From the NCBI GenBank assembly GCA_965603825.1, contig CBFDEM010000040.1, positions 310,001 to 374,000 on the forward strand: 64,000 bases of DNA, read 5' to 3'. This DNA is from Blepharisma stoltei ATCC 30299 (lineage: Eukaryota > Protista > Ciliophora). Positions 13,435-26,769 of this stretch are shown in pieces. Under the pieces are notes generated by a model. It had not been told where the DNA came from, made no database searches, and worked only from the letters and a program-made list of their open reading frames with translations. Numbering within the stretch: the stretch's first letter is position 1; each line of letters opens with the position of its first letter. The position numbers and the translations under genes were made by a program.

Positions 13435-14349
13435 ATGGAAAGAAGAAAAGTTAAGAAAAATGGCTTTGCGCTGCCTTTAAACCCGCTCCAAATCGTAACT
13501 TGAATAGCTACAGTTCTGAACGTCGCTTTTGGCGTGGTCATATCTGTTGCATCAGCTTCTTCTATTTCTATTGTAGGAACTATTTAGTCAATTTTAACAC
13601 TCGGGTATTTTATTTCTCAAGTGATTGTTATTGTTTTGGGCTATTTGATAACTATTAGTGACCCAACTGACCCAGTGTCTATTGCTTATATAAAGGCGAG
13701 AAATGAAAATGTGTATTTTGATGAAAGAATGTATAACTCTTTTTGCTCTATTTGTGCTTGTCTGGTTAATGATAAGAGCAAGCATTGTGGAGTATGCAAT
13801 CGATGCGTTGATGATTTTGATCATCATTGTGTGTGGCTTAACAATTGTGTTGGGAAAAAGAATTATAAGATATTTATCTATCTGATTATTGTGCAAAATA
13901 TTAATATGTGTTTCTTACTTGGGATAAGCGTAACCTTAATTGATTTCAAATACTCCAATGAGACAAGATATAATTCTTTGGTTGAAAGTATGCTTGATAT
14001 CGGAGAATTCGATCTTATTTTAGTTTTAGCTTTTATCTTGGTGGTTGAAACATCTTTTGTGATTGTTTTTTTGACATTGCTGTGCGGTCTGCATGGGTGA
14101 CTGAAGCTCAATAATCTAACCACTTATGAATGGATAAGTTTGAGGAGGAGAAACATAAAAATAAGTGTTATTCGAACTGGAGGAAATGATTCAACGATGA
14201 TTGCTGGCTTAGACCAGAGCTTTGCAGATAACGAAAAGTGCAGCAAGTTCACAAACAGTCTTAAGATTGATAGTATGGCTAAGGACGAGATCTTACAAAT
14301 ATTTAACGGCATTCCGGTTGAAGATAATGCCCCGAATCGTACTTTTTAA
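13435..14349 (+). CDS. DHHC palmitoyltransferase, ZDHHC1/11-like (15-nt intron 13573-13587)
   Basis: [15 protein letters not shown]; [26 protein letters not shown]; TTYEW; intron GTAGGAACTATTTAG removes an in-frame TAG. Confidence 0.92.
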
Positions 14350-15197
14350 GCCTTGTATAACTTTGAAAATTTACGAAATAGTTTTAGAAACTTAATAATA
14401 AATATTGCCCTATTATCAATTCAATTCATATTAAAATCATGTTTTAAAATTCTACGCTCGTCAAAAATTTATTAAATATTACGAAAATTTAATAAAGCAA
14501 ACATTTTTAATTTTGCAAAAGTATATAATAGCATTTATACTTGATAAAATAAAGTTTACCAGAAATTCATTAAGATAGAATCATGATTATAAAAAAAGAA
14601 ACGAAATTAATTGTATGCTATGAAAATTATTATTGTTATCTTTGCTTTTCAATAGAGATGCATTTTTAGTAGCGAGAAATAAGATTAGAAAAAGAGTCAT
14701 TTGAATTATAATGGATTGGCAAATCATAGAATTCAAAGAAAATTAATTAGAAATTGTGATGCTCCTTTCAAGAAATTTTTATTTATTGACCATAAATATT
14801 CGAATCTAGAATTCTTAAAATAGAAATTCTGAACTTAAATAATAATTAATAGGAATAATAAGCGAAAAGATGGTCAATAACTAAAGCCACTTATAAAGCT
14901 TATGAATTTAAAAGCTCTAAGGGTTTACCTTCTATAAAAACTGCTCTTTAATTGCTTAGAAAACTAGTTTGCTTATGCAACTGATCTTATCCATTTCCTG
15001 CATCTATTTCTTCTTTCGACTAAAGTAATTAATTGATTCTCCTAGAATAAACGTTTTTATGAATTATTATTTCTGCTTACACTTATCCCCAATATTATCT
15101 CAAAATCAGTAGACTTCTTTTTTTACATAAGTTCCATTAGTGGCTAGTCTTTTCTTAGGATTTCATAGGTCTATAGATCACAATAAAAAATTTTGTC

Positions 15198-16178
15198 ATG
15201 GAAGAATTTGAGGCTAATATTCCTCTCTCCACAATAGATTCTCAGCCATATCTTGAATCAGAATCTGTCCCCAGAGTGAGCGTGACTTTACGGCCTGCTT
15301 CTTCTTCAGGTTCTGTAAAATCTGGGAGGTTAAACCAATCAACTCAAAGTTTAAAGAAAATCCCTTCTATAACTGTGAGCATTGAAGACTTACTTCAAGC
15401 TCAGCACGCAGGATACAAAGCTAAGCTTAACTTGAAAATATTAGAAAAAGAATCTCAAGAAGCAGCTCAGTTGAAAGAAAAGCCATTAATTAACCCGAAA
15501 TCTAGAAGAATGGCTGAAGCTAGAAGAAGTTTGGACCTCCAAAATGAAAAGGAGTCGGCGAAGCGAGCAGAAAGAGATAAGCTTCAGTCCTTTAGAGCAA
15601 TGAATTCGTATATCAGCTTAGAAAGTTTAAAAAAGTCTTTAACAGCAAGATCAAAATCAGTATCTGAAATCCCAACTCCAAAGAAAAACTACTTAAAAAT
15701 GAGTGTAGTTGACAGAGTTCATTCTTGGTTCGAAGAAAAACAGAAAAAAATCGAAACGCAAAGACGGCAGTCCTTTGACAATGAACTAGTTGGATGCACT
15801 TTTCAGCCAGAGCTATCACCTAGAATTCCAATCGCGAACTCATCTGAGTCCACAAATGATCAAAAATTATCTCTTAAAAGAACCTATAGTTATTCTAGCA
15901 AGAAACCTTCAAAATCACTTGATCTCCAGAAAGATAAAAACTACACTGCCTATTGCTCAGTGACTAAAAAGGGCATTCCACTAAGAATTCCTCCCCCTAA
16001 TTCTTCAAGAACTCTCACTCGGACTACTAGAGGAAGCTCCAAAGATATGAGCTCACCCATCCTCTCCCAGTTTTATAGTCAATTGACTCCATATCATGCT
16101 GACTACAGATTCAAATCTGGATTCAACTCAAAAGCATTCCTTTTAAAAGCCAAACCTATGGTTGACTATACATTTTAA
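15198..16178 (+). CDS. Hypothetical Ser/Lys-rich protein
   Basis: 326-aa open frame; short KPLINPKS and CTFQPEL motifs resembling ciliary/cytoskeletal repeats. Confidence 0.75.
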   Translation: MEEFEANIPLSTIDSQPYLESESVPRVSVTLRPASSSGSVKSGRLNQSTQSLKKIPSITVSIEDLLQAQHAGYKAKLNLKILEKESQEAAQLKEKPLINPKSRRMAEARRSLDLQNEKESAKRAERDKLQSFRAMNSYISLESLKKSLTARSKSVSEIPTPKKNYLKMSVVDRVHSWFEEKQKKIETQRRQSFDNELVGCTFQPELSPRIPIANSSESTNDQKLSLKRTYSYSSKKPSKSLDLQKDKNYTAYCSVTKKGIPLRIPPPNSSRTLTRTTRGSSKDMSSPILSQFYSQLTPYHADYRFKSGFNSKAFLLKAKPMVDYTF

Positions 16179-16214
16179 ATATTTCTTAATTATGTAAATT
16201 TTATAAATAAGGAT

Positions 16215-17297
16215 ATGGGACAATCTTGCTCGTGTTTAAAAGAACATATTGTAGAAGAAAGCCAAGTGATACTAGACAAAGCCAATAGTAAACTCAAGCA
16301 GAAGCAAGATTCATCTGTCGTTTTATTTAACTCAAAATCGTCCATACGTACAATAAGTGTTCCGTCAGTCATAATGATCCAATCTATCCTGAGAGGCTTC
16401 CTAGATCGTCGAGCTTTAGCGCCTAAAGTCAGAGCTTCTCACCACAAAAGAATGGTCTCCGATACCAATTCAAGATCTTTAATGGAAATCCAAGGGGTCT
16501 TGCCTGACTACTCTACTCCATTAACAAGATCAGCTGCGAAAAAGCTTGGACCTTTCAAATATGAAAAGTCTTTAAACGATGGAGTCGTGATATCAAAAAA
16601 ACCTCCAGTTCAGCTTGAAAACGGAGCAATTTATATTGGAGAATGAAATGATAAATGGGAAAGGCATGGAAGAGGGGTTTTGCTGTGAAAAGATGGATCC
16701 AAGTATGAAGGACACTGGAGAAACGACATGGCGAACGGCAAAGGAAGGCTTATTCATGCTGATGGAGACGTTTATGATGGGGACTGGGAAGATGATAAAG
16801 CTAAAGGTAACGGAATTTTCATACATGCCGATAATACGAGATATGAAGGAAGCTGACTTGATGACAAGCAGCATGGATACGGAATTGAGACTTGGCCTGA
16901 TAATTCAAAATATGAAGGAGAATATTGATACGGAAAAAAGCATGGGAAAGGAAAATTTTTATGAAGTGACAAAAGCTCATATGAAGGGGAGTTTTTTGAA
17001 GGAAATATTCACGGGTTCGGAACTTATATATGAAGTGATCAAAGAAAATATGTAGGTGAGTGGAAAAACAACAAAATGGATGGAAAAGGAACTTTTACAT
17101 GGCTCGATGGAAGATGCTACACAGGAGAGTATTTAAACGATAAAAAGCATGGATACGGAGTTTTTGCTTGGCCAGACGGAAAGAAATATGAAGGGTATTG
17201 GGCTGATGGCAAGCAAGATGGAAAAGGGGTTTTAATTAATGGAAAAGGGGACAGAAAAGAAGGAGAGTGGAAGGATGGAAAAGTGGTGAAAAAATAA
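16215..17297 (+). CDS. MORN-repeat protein with IQ-like motif and probable N-terminal acylation (MGQSCSC)
   Basis: One frame through six TGA; YxGxW...HGxG repeats; [11 protein letters not shown]. Confidence 0.92.
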
Positions 17298-17431
17298 GTT
17301 CATAGATCAGAATACTGAAAGATTTAATCGTATGAAAAGTATTTTACTTAATTTCTGACAATTTATTAAATATAATTTAATCAAAAATCTCTAAATGTTT
17401 TCCATTTTTCATTTATATAAAAATAAGCAAT

Positions 17432-18202
17432 ATGAGCCAAGATAAGCGAATAAATATTTTCAATTATAGAAGAAAGGAGAGATTACGAAAAGTCATCTTG
17501 AGTGAAATAGGAGAAGACACTCTGTCGCCCAACCAAATAAGTATTTTGGATTTTGAAATTCAAAATTCAGATGATTTATTTGATAAAGGGATGACATTTA
17601 ATGAAGCTGCGGAAGATATAAAATCGAAGATTTTGGTTCAAGTATCAGAGATCACATCTGGTTTCAGCACTCCTCAATCTAAGACTGAATGATTAGAGCA
17701 AGAATATACTCCAGTCCATCAAGAAGAATCAATTATTAACGAAATTCCGAGTTTAAACAATCCTTCAGATTATCTCAAAATCAGAGAAAGATTTTTTGAT
17801 GAATTTAAAGAAATGGAAAATAGATTTGAAAATACGAAAAAAAGAAGCATTGAAAGAACTTCGATGCTAGAAAAATCAAAAATTGATGAAGAAAAAGCAA
17901 GAGTAATTCAAAAAGAGCTAGAAGAATATGAAAGGCTAAAATCATATTATAATGAGTTTAATAAAAAAGTTGTGAAAGAGGATGTAAGAGATGCATTAGA
18001 TAAACAAATTAGAGAAAAGCAAATAATGATTGAAAAAGTATTGAATGAAGAAAGCAAGATAAGAGAAAGCTTGATTGAGTGAGATAAGCTGGCAAAGATG
18101 AGTGAGGATGAAAACAAAATAAGAAATAGGTCAAATCAAAGAATTTTGTTTGATAAATTAGAGAATCAAATTAAAGAAAAAAATAGCGGTAGATATTTGT
18201 AA
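17432..18202 (+). CDS. Hypothetical coiled-coil protein
   Basis: ORFs at 17432 and 17813 are in one frame joined by TGA; TAA at 18200-18202. Confidence 0.7.
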
Positions 18203-18555
18203 TTAAAGCTGCAAGGAAACAATTCATAAATATAAAACATTAATAGTTCATCATAGCTTGATAATCTCTGTAAATATAAGAAATTTTCTTTATATGCTTT
18301 ATAAGGTGATATAATTAAAACTTTAATAAAACATATTTGCATCTTAATTTAAAATATTAAAAAATTATATATCTCACAGTTAACTGATGTTTTAAGAATT
18401 CCCCAATCATCAAGATCTATCAATAGATCTTATATTTAAATCTATTTAAATTATATTCCAAAGACGAATATTTTATTACGAAAAATTAAAAAAAATAATA
18501 ATTTTTAAATAGTGATTGCATTAAATTCTCAGAAGAAATTTAGTTATAATAAAGC

Positions 18556-20013
18556 TTAAATATATTCATATTTTGCAGAAGACTTGAGGAGCTTAAAGAT
18601 TGATTCATTTGATACTGTAGATGGACGCTTTGAGTGCTGACGAACAAGTCTTTTGACTTCTATGTTAAATTCTGGGCTTTGCTTTTCAGGGGTATTAAAC
18701 ATATATTCTTCAATCATCATTTTGATATCCAAATTAGTAGTCAAATCAACTGCTCGCTTGTTCCGGCTGTTTACAATACAAGTTAAAGGTTTGTACTCTA
18801 GGAGAACTTTTATTGCATTTTTATGCTTATTTGCAACAGCCAGCATTAATGCGGACTCTCCTTGGACATCCTGAAAGTCTAGGTCAGCTTCATATTGCAG
18901 AAGCAGCTTAATTATGGTATCGTGTCCCATTTCACTAGCGACAAGTAGAGGAGTTATATTAAACGGTGCCTGTATATTTGCATTTGCACCTTTTTTAAGT
19001 AATTTTGATACCAGAATCTGGTCATTTCTTCTTGTAGCCATCAAAAGAATTGAATCATCTTCTAAGCTTTTATGGTCCAAAATTTCAGCATTAGCAACTT
19101 CTAACAGTTGATACACGATTTCTGTAAATCCAAGACTATAGGCTATAAAAATTGGGGTTTTTTGAGATTCATTGCAAACACAGTGTGTTGGCATTTTTCT
19201 TGCTAATAGACTTTTAACAATTTCAATGTCATTAATATAGCATGCAAGGATCAGTAAACTTTGTCCTATAGCTTGGGTAATTTCAAGGTTATGATATGAC
19301 AATAAAGTCCTTACAGTTCCTATTTCACCTATGTTTATGGCTAACTCAATTGCGTTGTGTCCTTTATAATCAATCAAGTCTTCTTCAGAGCCTCCTATAT
19401 CAAGCAAGGTTTGGACAATTTCACAGTTTCCTTTTAATACTGCATGAAATAAAGGAGTTCTGCCATCTATATCTTGCTTTAAAATTGCTTCTGGACGTTT
19501 ACATAGCTCTTTTACAATTTCAGTATGGCCAAGTTTTATAGCTTTTATTAAAGCTGTTTCATGTCTATCTCCAAATTTTTGGCTAACTGCAAGTTCTTTG
19601 ACTTGCATTAAAATCCTGACTGACTCGGGTTGATTTGACTGAATTGCATAAAGCAGCGCCGTGTTTCCGCTTCAGTCTTCATGATTGACATCTGCGCCTT
19701 CTCTTATAAGCCTTTTCATAATTTTTACTTTTCCGTAATAAGAAGCTTGTTGCAAGCTGCTTACTCCTTCTTTATTCAAAATTGTGTTATTGGCTTGGGC
19801 GAGGCCAAAATGATCTGCTGTCCTTGAAAATTTGGATTGTCTGCTATTCTTTTTTATTCTCGTAATTCAAAGTTTCGTTCAATCTGGAGAAGAGTAAGTT
19901 TCCATTTTAGGGCGGATGAGGAGCTTTGACTGAGTAGAGGAAAGCAGGTTTGGATTTGTGATTCTGTCGAGCTTTTCACTGAGTGATATGTCTAAGGTTT
20001 TGAGTCTTTCCAT
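18556..20013 (-). CDS. Ankyrin-repeat protein
   Basis: Frame extends upstream through TGA to ATG at 20013; many GxTPL/TAL..A ankyrin repeats. Confidence 0.9.
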
Positions 20014-20452
20014 TTAATCATATTGGTTGCAAGCTCTTATCACATCAAATTGAAAACAGTCTATTTATTATTTTGAGGAGCTTAGCCTTTTTAAAAGTTT
20101 TATTTTCACTCTTAAACTATCCAAAATTCTGCATATTAATTATTATGATCTTTTAGACTTTCTTTGATTAATTTATATATAATGCTACAAAATTTGCAGC
20201 AATGCACTATAACTTTGAACAATAAATTGTGTTGACTTTTCAATTATGATTATAAAATTTGCTAATCTTTTTTTGGACATAATGGCGCTTTTGTGCCAAA
20301 GAGATTGTCCTCTGGATTTTACTTATCGAAAGAGATCTAAGCGTATTACAAAATAGGGTTAAGAAAGGAAACCATTATATTGACCAACTCGGGCCAGCAA
20401 GCTTAAAAGTATATCAATTATTCATATAGATAGATTCTAAGATTTTAGCTTA

Positions 20453-21043
20453 TTAGACTTTCGCAGCAGCTTCAAGGACTTCATTGATAAGTTTAATCAC
20501 ATTTTCGTTCACCATATGCCCATCTTCTGTGAAAAATCTTGATACAATAATTTTTGTTTCCCAGACATATAAATTATCTCTTAATTTTTTCATATCTTTT
20601 TTGTGTTTTATCTCAGCTTTTGGCTTTACATTCAGATAGAGCTTAATATTGTAATAGCAGTCAAATTTCTTTATAGACGATGAAATAGAAATTTCGTTTA
20701 AATGGCTCCATTGAGATGCTTCAGGGTTTGATGTAAAGAAAATTTCTTGCTCTACAAAGTATTCGATGTACTGATAAATAAAATTGAAAATAAAATAGAA
20801 AATCACACAGACGAGGGTTATCCAGTAGTCTTTAGGAAAATGGGCGTTGTAAACGTATTCATAAGCGTGTGCAATGATTGTAAAAAGAATTGCAATCGAC
20901 CCTATTATCAGCTTGGAGTTGGAGTATTTATTGTTAAGTGGGAACTTGTGCTCTGTCGATAAATGGTGGACTATGAATTCATCTAATTTTGCTTTGGTCA
21001 CATAAGGATCATACCTATTGTTCAATGGCTTTGTAAAATCCAT
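20453..21043 (-). CDS. SPCS2: Signal peptidase complex subunit 2 (SPC25 family)
   Basis: KAKLDE, two TM helices with CVIFYF, C-terminal SRFFTEDG. Confidence 0.8.
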   Translation of the reverse strand: MDFTKPLNNRYDPYVTKAKLDEFIVHHLSTEHKFPLNNKYSNSKLIIGSIAILFTIIAHAYEYVYNAHFPKDYWITLVCVIFYFIFNFIYQYIEYFVEQEIFFTSNPEASQWSHLNEISISSSIKKFDCYYNIKLYLNVKPKAEIKHKKDMKKLRDNLYVWETKIIVSRFFTEDGHMVNENVIKLINEVLEAAAKV

Positions 21044-21206
21044 TTATAAGAAATTAATTTTTAAACCAAAATGAGTTCTTGAAAATTGTAAAGGTCCTTA
21101 TTAACTATTTCCATATTAAATACGTGTCAATTTTTAAAGGAATTAATTTATTTTAATAAATATTTTTTAACTAGCAATTTTACTTTAAAAAAGTAAAACA
21201 TATGAT

Positions 21207-22316
21207 TTAGGTAATTGAACTCAAATGAATCAATCTAAAGCCTTCTCGATTAAGTTCTAAAAGCAACCACTTAGGCTGGAGAAGCTTTTGAAACTTCACC
21301 CATTTCTTTTGGTCTAGCTCAGTATCAAGTTCTTTAGCTATTGCCAAAGAATTTTCATGTTCATGTACCTGCATAGCCATTGAAATTACTGAATCTTGGT
21401 CAATTTCTATAATACAGTTAACTTCTTCTCCTTTAGCTCTTCTTATGATTTTTGAAATTTCTGCTGACACAGGCGATCCAAAGCATTCGAACATTGAAAT
21501 TCCTCTCTCATAATTCTGAGACTTAAGTCCGTCAAATAAGTAAAAATTGCAAGTTCTGCTGCTGTGAAAGCAAGAGTAGTTAAATTGGATAGGAATTGGA
21601 TGAGAATTCTGATATGACCATCTTGAAATATTTTCTGCCTCAGCTGAATGGAGCAAAAATTGTGATAGTTGTTTTCTATCCATCGGCTTTTCGACACCAA
21701 ACCCGCAATCAATATGAGAGCCAAGCTTAAGATAAAAAGAAATTGTTAGCGGGCATAAAGCAAGTAAAAAATCTTCGTGTCTGGAAAACATTTGGGTATT
21801 GAATCTCAAGCTGTTACAATAGGGAAGTCTTTGAAGTTTTTCACAAAACTCTTTTAAACATTTATAAGAGCGGATGCCATCGATATCATGCTTGATTATA
21901 CCAAGATCCCTAATTATGTCATTAGTTTAAAAACATATTACTATTGAATAATCCGAAGAAAACGACCATATCATATTTGAGCCTGTAGAATCTACACATA
22001 AATAGCTTTTCAGGTCTTGCTTACAGAAGACTGAATCATCTAAGATAGTGTAAACTTCATTAAACCACATTTCAAGAATTTCCATAAGATCAGCTTGATG
22101 CTTTGAATTTTGAAAAACCATTTGGACGGCTGTTCTGATTTTTTCTTGAGGTTTGATTGACAGATCTATTTCATCTCTTCTACGAATAAGTGTATTAAGA
22201 GAATAATAAGTTGATTTTTGAGAAACATGGCTTGAGAGGTCTGTGTCTTTGTCTTGGAGATGCTGTGAAAGTAATAGTTCATTTGGATCAGTGCAAACAC
22301 TTGCTTTGCAACCCAT
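21207..22316 (-). CDS. Hypothetical protein (MGCKASVC, probably acylated) interrupted by one in-frame TAA at 21927-21929
   Basis: ORFs 22316-21927 and 21809-21207 share a frame, and the sequence between them is open. Confidence 0.55.
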
Positions 22317-22733
22317 TATTAATATTTATTCAATAATGATTAAACTGATTGAGTCAATAATGGGGAAAACTTGCTTTCAAAATAAATATATTGGGCTTAA
22401 GACTTATCCTAGAGGATGATATGACTTAATTTGTAAAGACAAGAACCGTTAGTTCTAGAAATAAATCTCCAACAATTGCTATTAACAAGACAAAAATAGA
22501 AGCACAGGAATTAGGAGAATTACAAATTGTTAGTCAAATAATTGATTGATGCAAACCTTTGATTATTTTCATCTTAAATTGCATTTATTATCATTTTTAA
22601 AAAGCATGCGATTAAAATTTTTACACTTGCCATCCTTTTCCTACGTGAGCTGCATATTTAATATTAAAAGGATTAGTTTACTCCACTTTAATCATAAATT
22701 TTCTAATCTGAGGCAAATATAAAAATTTCGAAA

Positions 22734-23108
22734 ATGGCAACAACTGTTAATTATTGGTCACAAAATTCTTTATCAGATTATAAACCTGAATTTCAAGAAA
22801 TTCTGAAACCAGCAGAGCCCATTAACAAAGAAAATCAACTGCTTCTTCAAAAAATTGACATTTTGCAATCTATGGTGGACAAATTAGAAAATGAAAAAGA
22901 CGCCCTTACCTACACATGCTCAGATCTGAAACAGCTGCTGCAGTGCGTAGCCAAGCAGCACGACAAAAACGCTGAAAGGCAAAGGAAAAACATAAAAGAT
23001 CTAGAAAACAAAGTGGCAAACCTGAAGCAGGCCTTACATATTTCCGAAATTCATTCTGCTCATCTCTCTTCCATCAGTAGTTTTTGGGAGGATGTCATCC
23101 GAGAATAA
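22734..23108 (+). CDS. Hypothetical coiled-coil protein
   Basis: 124-aa ATG-TAA ORF with heptad pattern. Confidence 0.7.
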   Translation: MATTVNYWSQNSLSDYKPEFQEILKPAEPINKENQLLLQKIDILQSMVDKLENEKDALTYTCSDLKQLLQCVAKQHDKNAERQRKNIKDLENKVANLKQALHISEIHSAHLSSISSFWEDVIRE

Positions 23109-23163
23109 TTTAAGGTTTTCTTAATATCTATTTTTAGTTTAATTATGCATTTCTCAATACCTT

Positions 23164-24771
23164 TTAGAACTCAAAGTTTCCCTGCTGATATGCATTTTGC
23201 GAGACCTCTTCTCCACCTAAGAACTCTTTTATGACTTCTGTAGCTTTTTGGTAGATATCATAATTTCGGTGGCCTTGCAGGCTCTCAATTTTAGAGATGC
23301 CTCCAACTTCATCAAGTCTTGGTAAGGCTCTATCAGTGTTCTCATTATGAAAAATCATATATGCTTTGCTGTGTTTGAGGATATTTCAAATGGTCTGGAG
23401 TGAGAGTATCACGATTCTTGAGTCTTGGTGGTCAATCAGTTGGCAGAGCTCTTCTATTAATTCATATTGAAGCAAATTAATTATTAGATTGGAGTTTGCT
23501 CTGTTTGTGGAGTTCACAAAAATGTAGCAGGCTTCTAGCTTGATGCTAAAATCAGGATCTCTCAAAAGAGCTACAATAGAGGCGATCCCAGCATGTGCTA
23601 AAATAGCTTCGGCTTGTGATACTGAGCCTGAACAAATATTGCTTATACACCAGGCTGCATCCTTTTTTAGCAGCTTATTCTGGCTGTTTACTAAAGGTAC
23701 AAGCTGATCAATGACTCCGTAGTCTATTATTGTTTGTGTTTGGAGTTCATCTCCAAGGAGAATGTTCCCTATAACTCTTAATGCAGGCAGCTTGATCTTA
23801 TAGCTTTCAGAGCCTACTAATTGGACTATTCTCATTCCTAGACCTGTGTTCAAAACTGGCTGAATTCTTCCAACTTCTCCATCCATTGCATAAGCAAATC
23901 CTCATAGTGTGTCGCTTAGTATATCTTCGTTATCTAAGCATAAAAGCTTCAGTGAAATAGATAAAAATTCTTGGAAAAGACTTGCTTGCTGAAGAGTTTT
24001 GCCTCGTAAAAGGTTAGCTAAGGTCCAAACCATAGTATTCAGCGAGGTTCCCGTCATCCTTTGTGACGTTGAAATCTGTTTTATAATCCACTCCCCGATC
24101 CCACAGTTAACAACTTTATCTCTCTGCTCTTGCGAGCCTCCTGCAATATTCCCTAATGCCCAAACAGCTTGGTTTGCAATATCTGAAGAAGGATTTTCAT
24201 TGAAAACTTTGCTCAAAGCTTCAATCACATTCAGCCTTAAGAGCTCATCTACAACTTTGTCTTCTCCTGAGGATAAATTTGTAATGCATCATACCGCTTC
24301 GTATTGGAGGTCTTTGTCAGGGTAAAGCACACATTGAATAAGCTTTGCAGAGATTCCTGAGTCTCCTATGTATTTGCATGGGTTAGTTTCATCATATGTA
24401 AGTACTAGTCTTAGAGTCCGGACTGATAGTTTTAACAAATCCATAGATGTGCTGCTGATAATAAGTGATATAAGAGTATTTAGGCGATTTGTGGGGCTGA
24501 GGTCAGGGTTTACAAGCTGCCTCTCATATTTGGCAAGTTCTTCTGGCACTGAACTTATGTCAAATCTTATTGCATCAGATACCATTTCTGGGGAATCCTC
24601 AGCTTGAGTGGCACGATCTGTGCCAAAAGCGCGCCGTTTGGCAAGGTGCTCGTTCCTTTTCTTTTTTCTAAGCTGGACAAGGTTATCATCATGAATTCTT
24701 CTGTAATCTTCAACACCTGGCTCTTTTAGGAACTGCTGATTTCTCTCTTGAATATCAATCTTTTTACTCAT
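23164..24771 (-). CDS. Importin alpha (IBB + ARM repeats)
   Basis: Four same-frame fragments joined by TGA; IBB LRKKKRNEHLAKRR; ARM motifs EAVWCITNL, QAVWALGNIAG, DAAWCISNI. Confidence 0.95.
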
Positions 24772-25241
24772 TATCTTTTAATTTACCATTTTAATGAAGT
24801 AATTATAATCTAGCCGCTTGGCTATAAAAATGATCAGAAGGCAGCAAATCTCCAAGAAATGTTCAAGGAGGTAAATGTTATAGAGAAATAAATGCTCCCG
24901 CCTGAATTTTTCTGTATTGGATTAGTAAAATAAACATAATGAGCTTGAATTAAAAAAATACAGCAGAAAAAAGAGCAAAACGAAAATAATGTTGTTTAAA
25001 ACGAGAATATAAAAATTTATTGAGCCTGGAAGTGCCCGATATTATTTATCGAGTTTAATAAGCAATCCATCTGAAATAATCTGGCAAGGATAATATAAAA
25101 ATCTTTTAAAATGGCTAATTATTCGTCAATTGGCGAACAATTACATATTCCCTTTTTTCATGTGTTATAATCTAAAAATTCAGATCTAAATGTTAGATAT
25201 ATGCTAATTGTACATTGGTGAGATATATATTGTAATAAAAA

Positions 25242-26501
25242 ATGGAAAGAGCTATTCGTTCGCCTTCCCAGCAATACCTTCCACACCAAAACTATCCACA
25301 ATTTGGGTCTGATGGGAGAGCAGTCTATACTCCTCTTGAAGTAGAACCTTCAGCCCTAGCTCACGATAACGCACAAGCTCCTGTTGTTCCTGTCCACAAT
25401 TCAATGCCTGAGTTATACGAAATTAAAGTCAGTCGCGATCGTTGGGCTTCTTGGGTGCGATTTGGGTCTGCTTTTATGATGATTTTATCTCTTCTGTGAT
25501 TCGCTTTAATAATTTTTCATTTGTTCAATATAGAAGAACAGGCACCTACTACATTGCGGTGGCTGATTCTGAGGACTTTTATTGCATCTGCAATGTTTTT
25601 TGTTTCCTGGATTGGGCTTAAAGCAAGTAAAACCAAAGATACTAAGCATTCGAAATTGTATCTCAAATCTTTGGTCCTTTTCATTTCTGGTGTGATAATT
25701 TGCATTGCCATTTCCTATTCAATTACTCATTCAGATAGCGCAAAAGCAAGCTACTACAAAATCAATCGTTCAAATGAAATAAAAGATGAGGAGGGTGGAC
25801 ATTATAATAAAAATGACCACAGCAAAAAGAAAATTATTGAAAATCAGTTTGAAGAGTACAAAGATTTTAACATTGATCTTTTACAAGATAAGGATTATGA
25901 GTCAGATAGCACAGATCTGAATCTATCTCAAAATCCTAATGGAGTCACCTTTGTTTCTCCAGATGATTTCTTTGGGATTAAGCCTTATTGGCATGAAGGT
26001 AAGCTTCTCGAGAAGCTTTTTGATATTTCCTTTTCTGATTTTGATGATGTCAGCGAAGAAAATGAAGATCCTTATTATCCAAACGACCCTGACGATTTTA
26101 TAGAGGAGGACTTAGATGATTCAGATGATTTCATCGAGTCTACAAAGAAAAGCCATGCCAAAGCAGCAAAAAATAAAGACTATAAAAAAGACAATAAAGA
26201 AAAGCACAGACATAGGAAAGACCAAAGAAAGCAAGCCCATATCAGAAAGCACATTGGAAGACATAGCTTAGCAGGAGGAATTATTGGAACTTTAATTGCT
26301 TTTTCTGTCGTTATGTCATTTGTATTGTGTGCTTACAAGCTTTATAAATCATCAAGCAGTTATGATGTGTTGGCTTATCATAATATGCCGACAGAGCGGA
26401 ATTATGTCCAGCCACTTAATGGTCAGCCATACCAGGCTGTGTCAGCAAATAATGTTGGGTATTATCCCCATCTTGCACCTGCGGGAACAGTGGTGCAGTA
26501 A
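25242..26501 (+). CDS. Multi-pass membrane protein with long acidic and His/Lys-rich loop
   Basis: ORFs at 25242 and 25521 in one frame across TGA at 25497; about four hydrophobic segments. Confidence 0.75.
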
Positions 26502-26769
26502 GCTTAATGAAAGTTAAGTTTTATTAAGTTTGTTCTAAGATATTTTTATCATATTCGTTATTTAGCTTAATAAAAATGAAGCTATAGCTGATATAACTTT
26601 TAATCATCATTATAATTCAAGCTTAATAGAATTATTTTCAATCTTTAATTCACTAATAAGACATTCTTTTAGTTCTATGGATATTTGCTGTAGCTTTTTG
26701 ATTATATTTCAAAACAAATTTGCCATATACCGTTTTTCATCACTATCAAATAAACTTGCATTTAATTAA

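Noticed and set aside
14350-15197. Hidden gene, tRNA or retained IES in a long AT-rich spacer (also 178-1066 and 54564-55188)
   Set aside because: No convincing ORF even with TGA=Trp, no cloverleaf or complete box C/D pair seen; an IES cannot be called without MAC/MIC comparison
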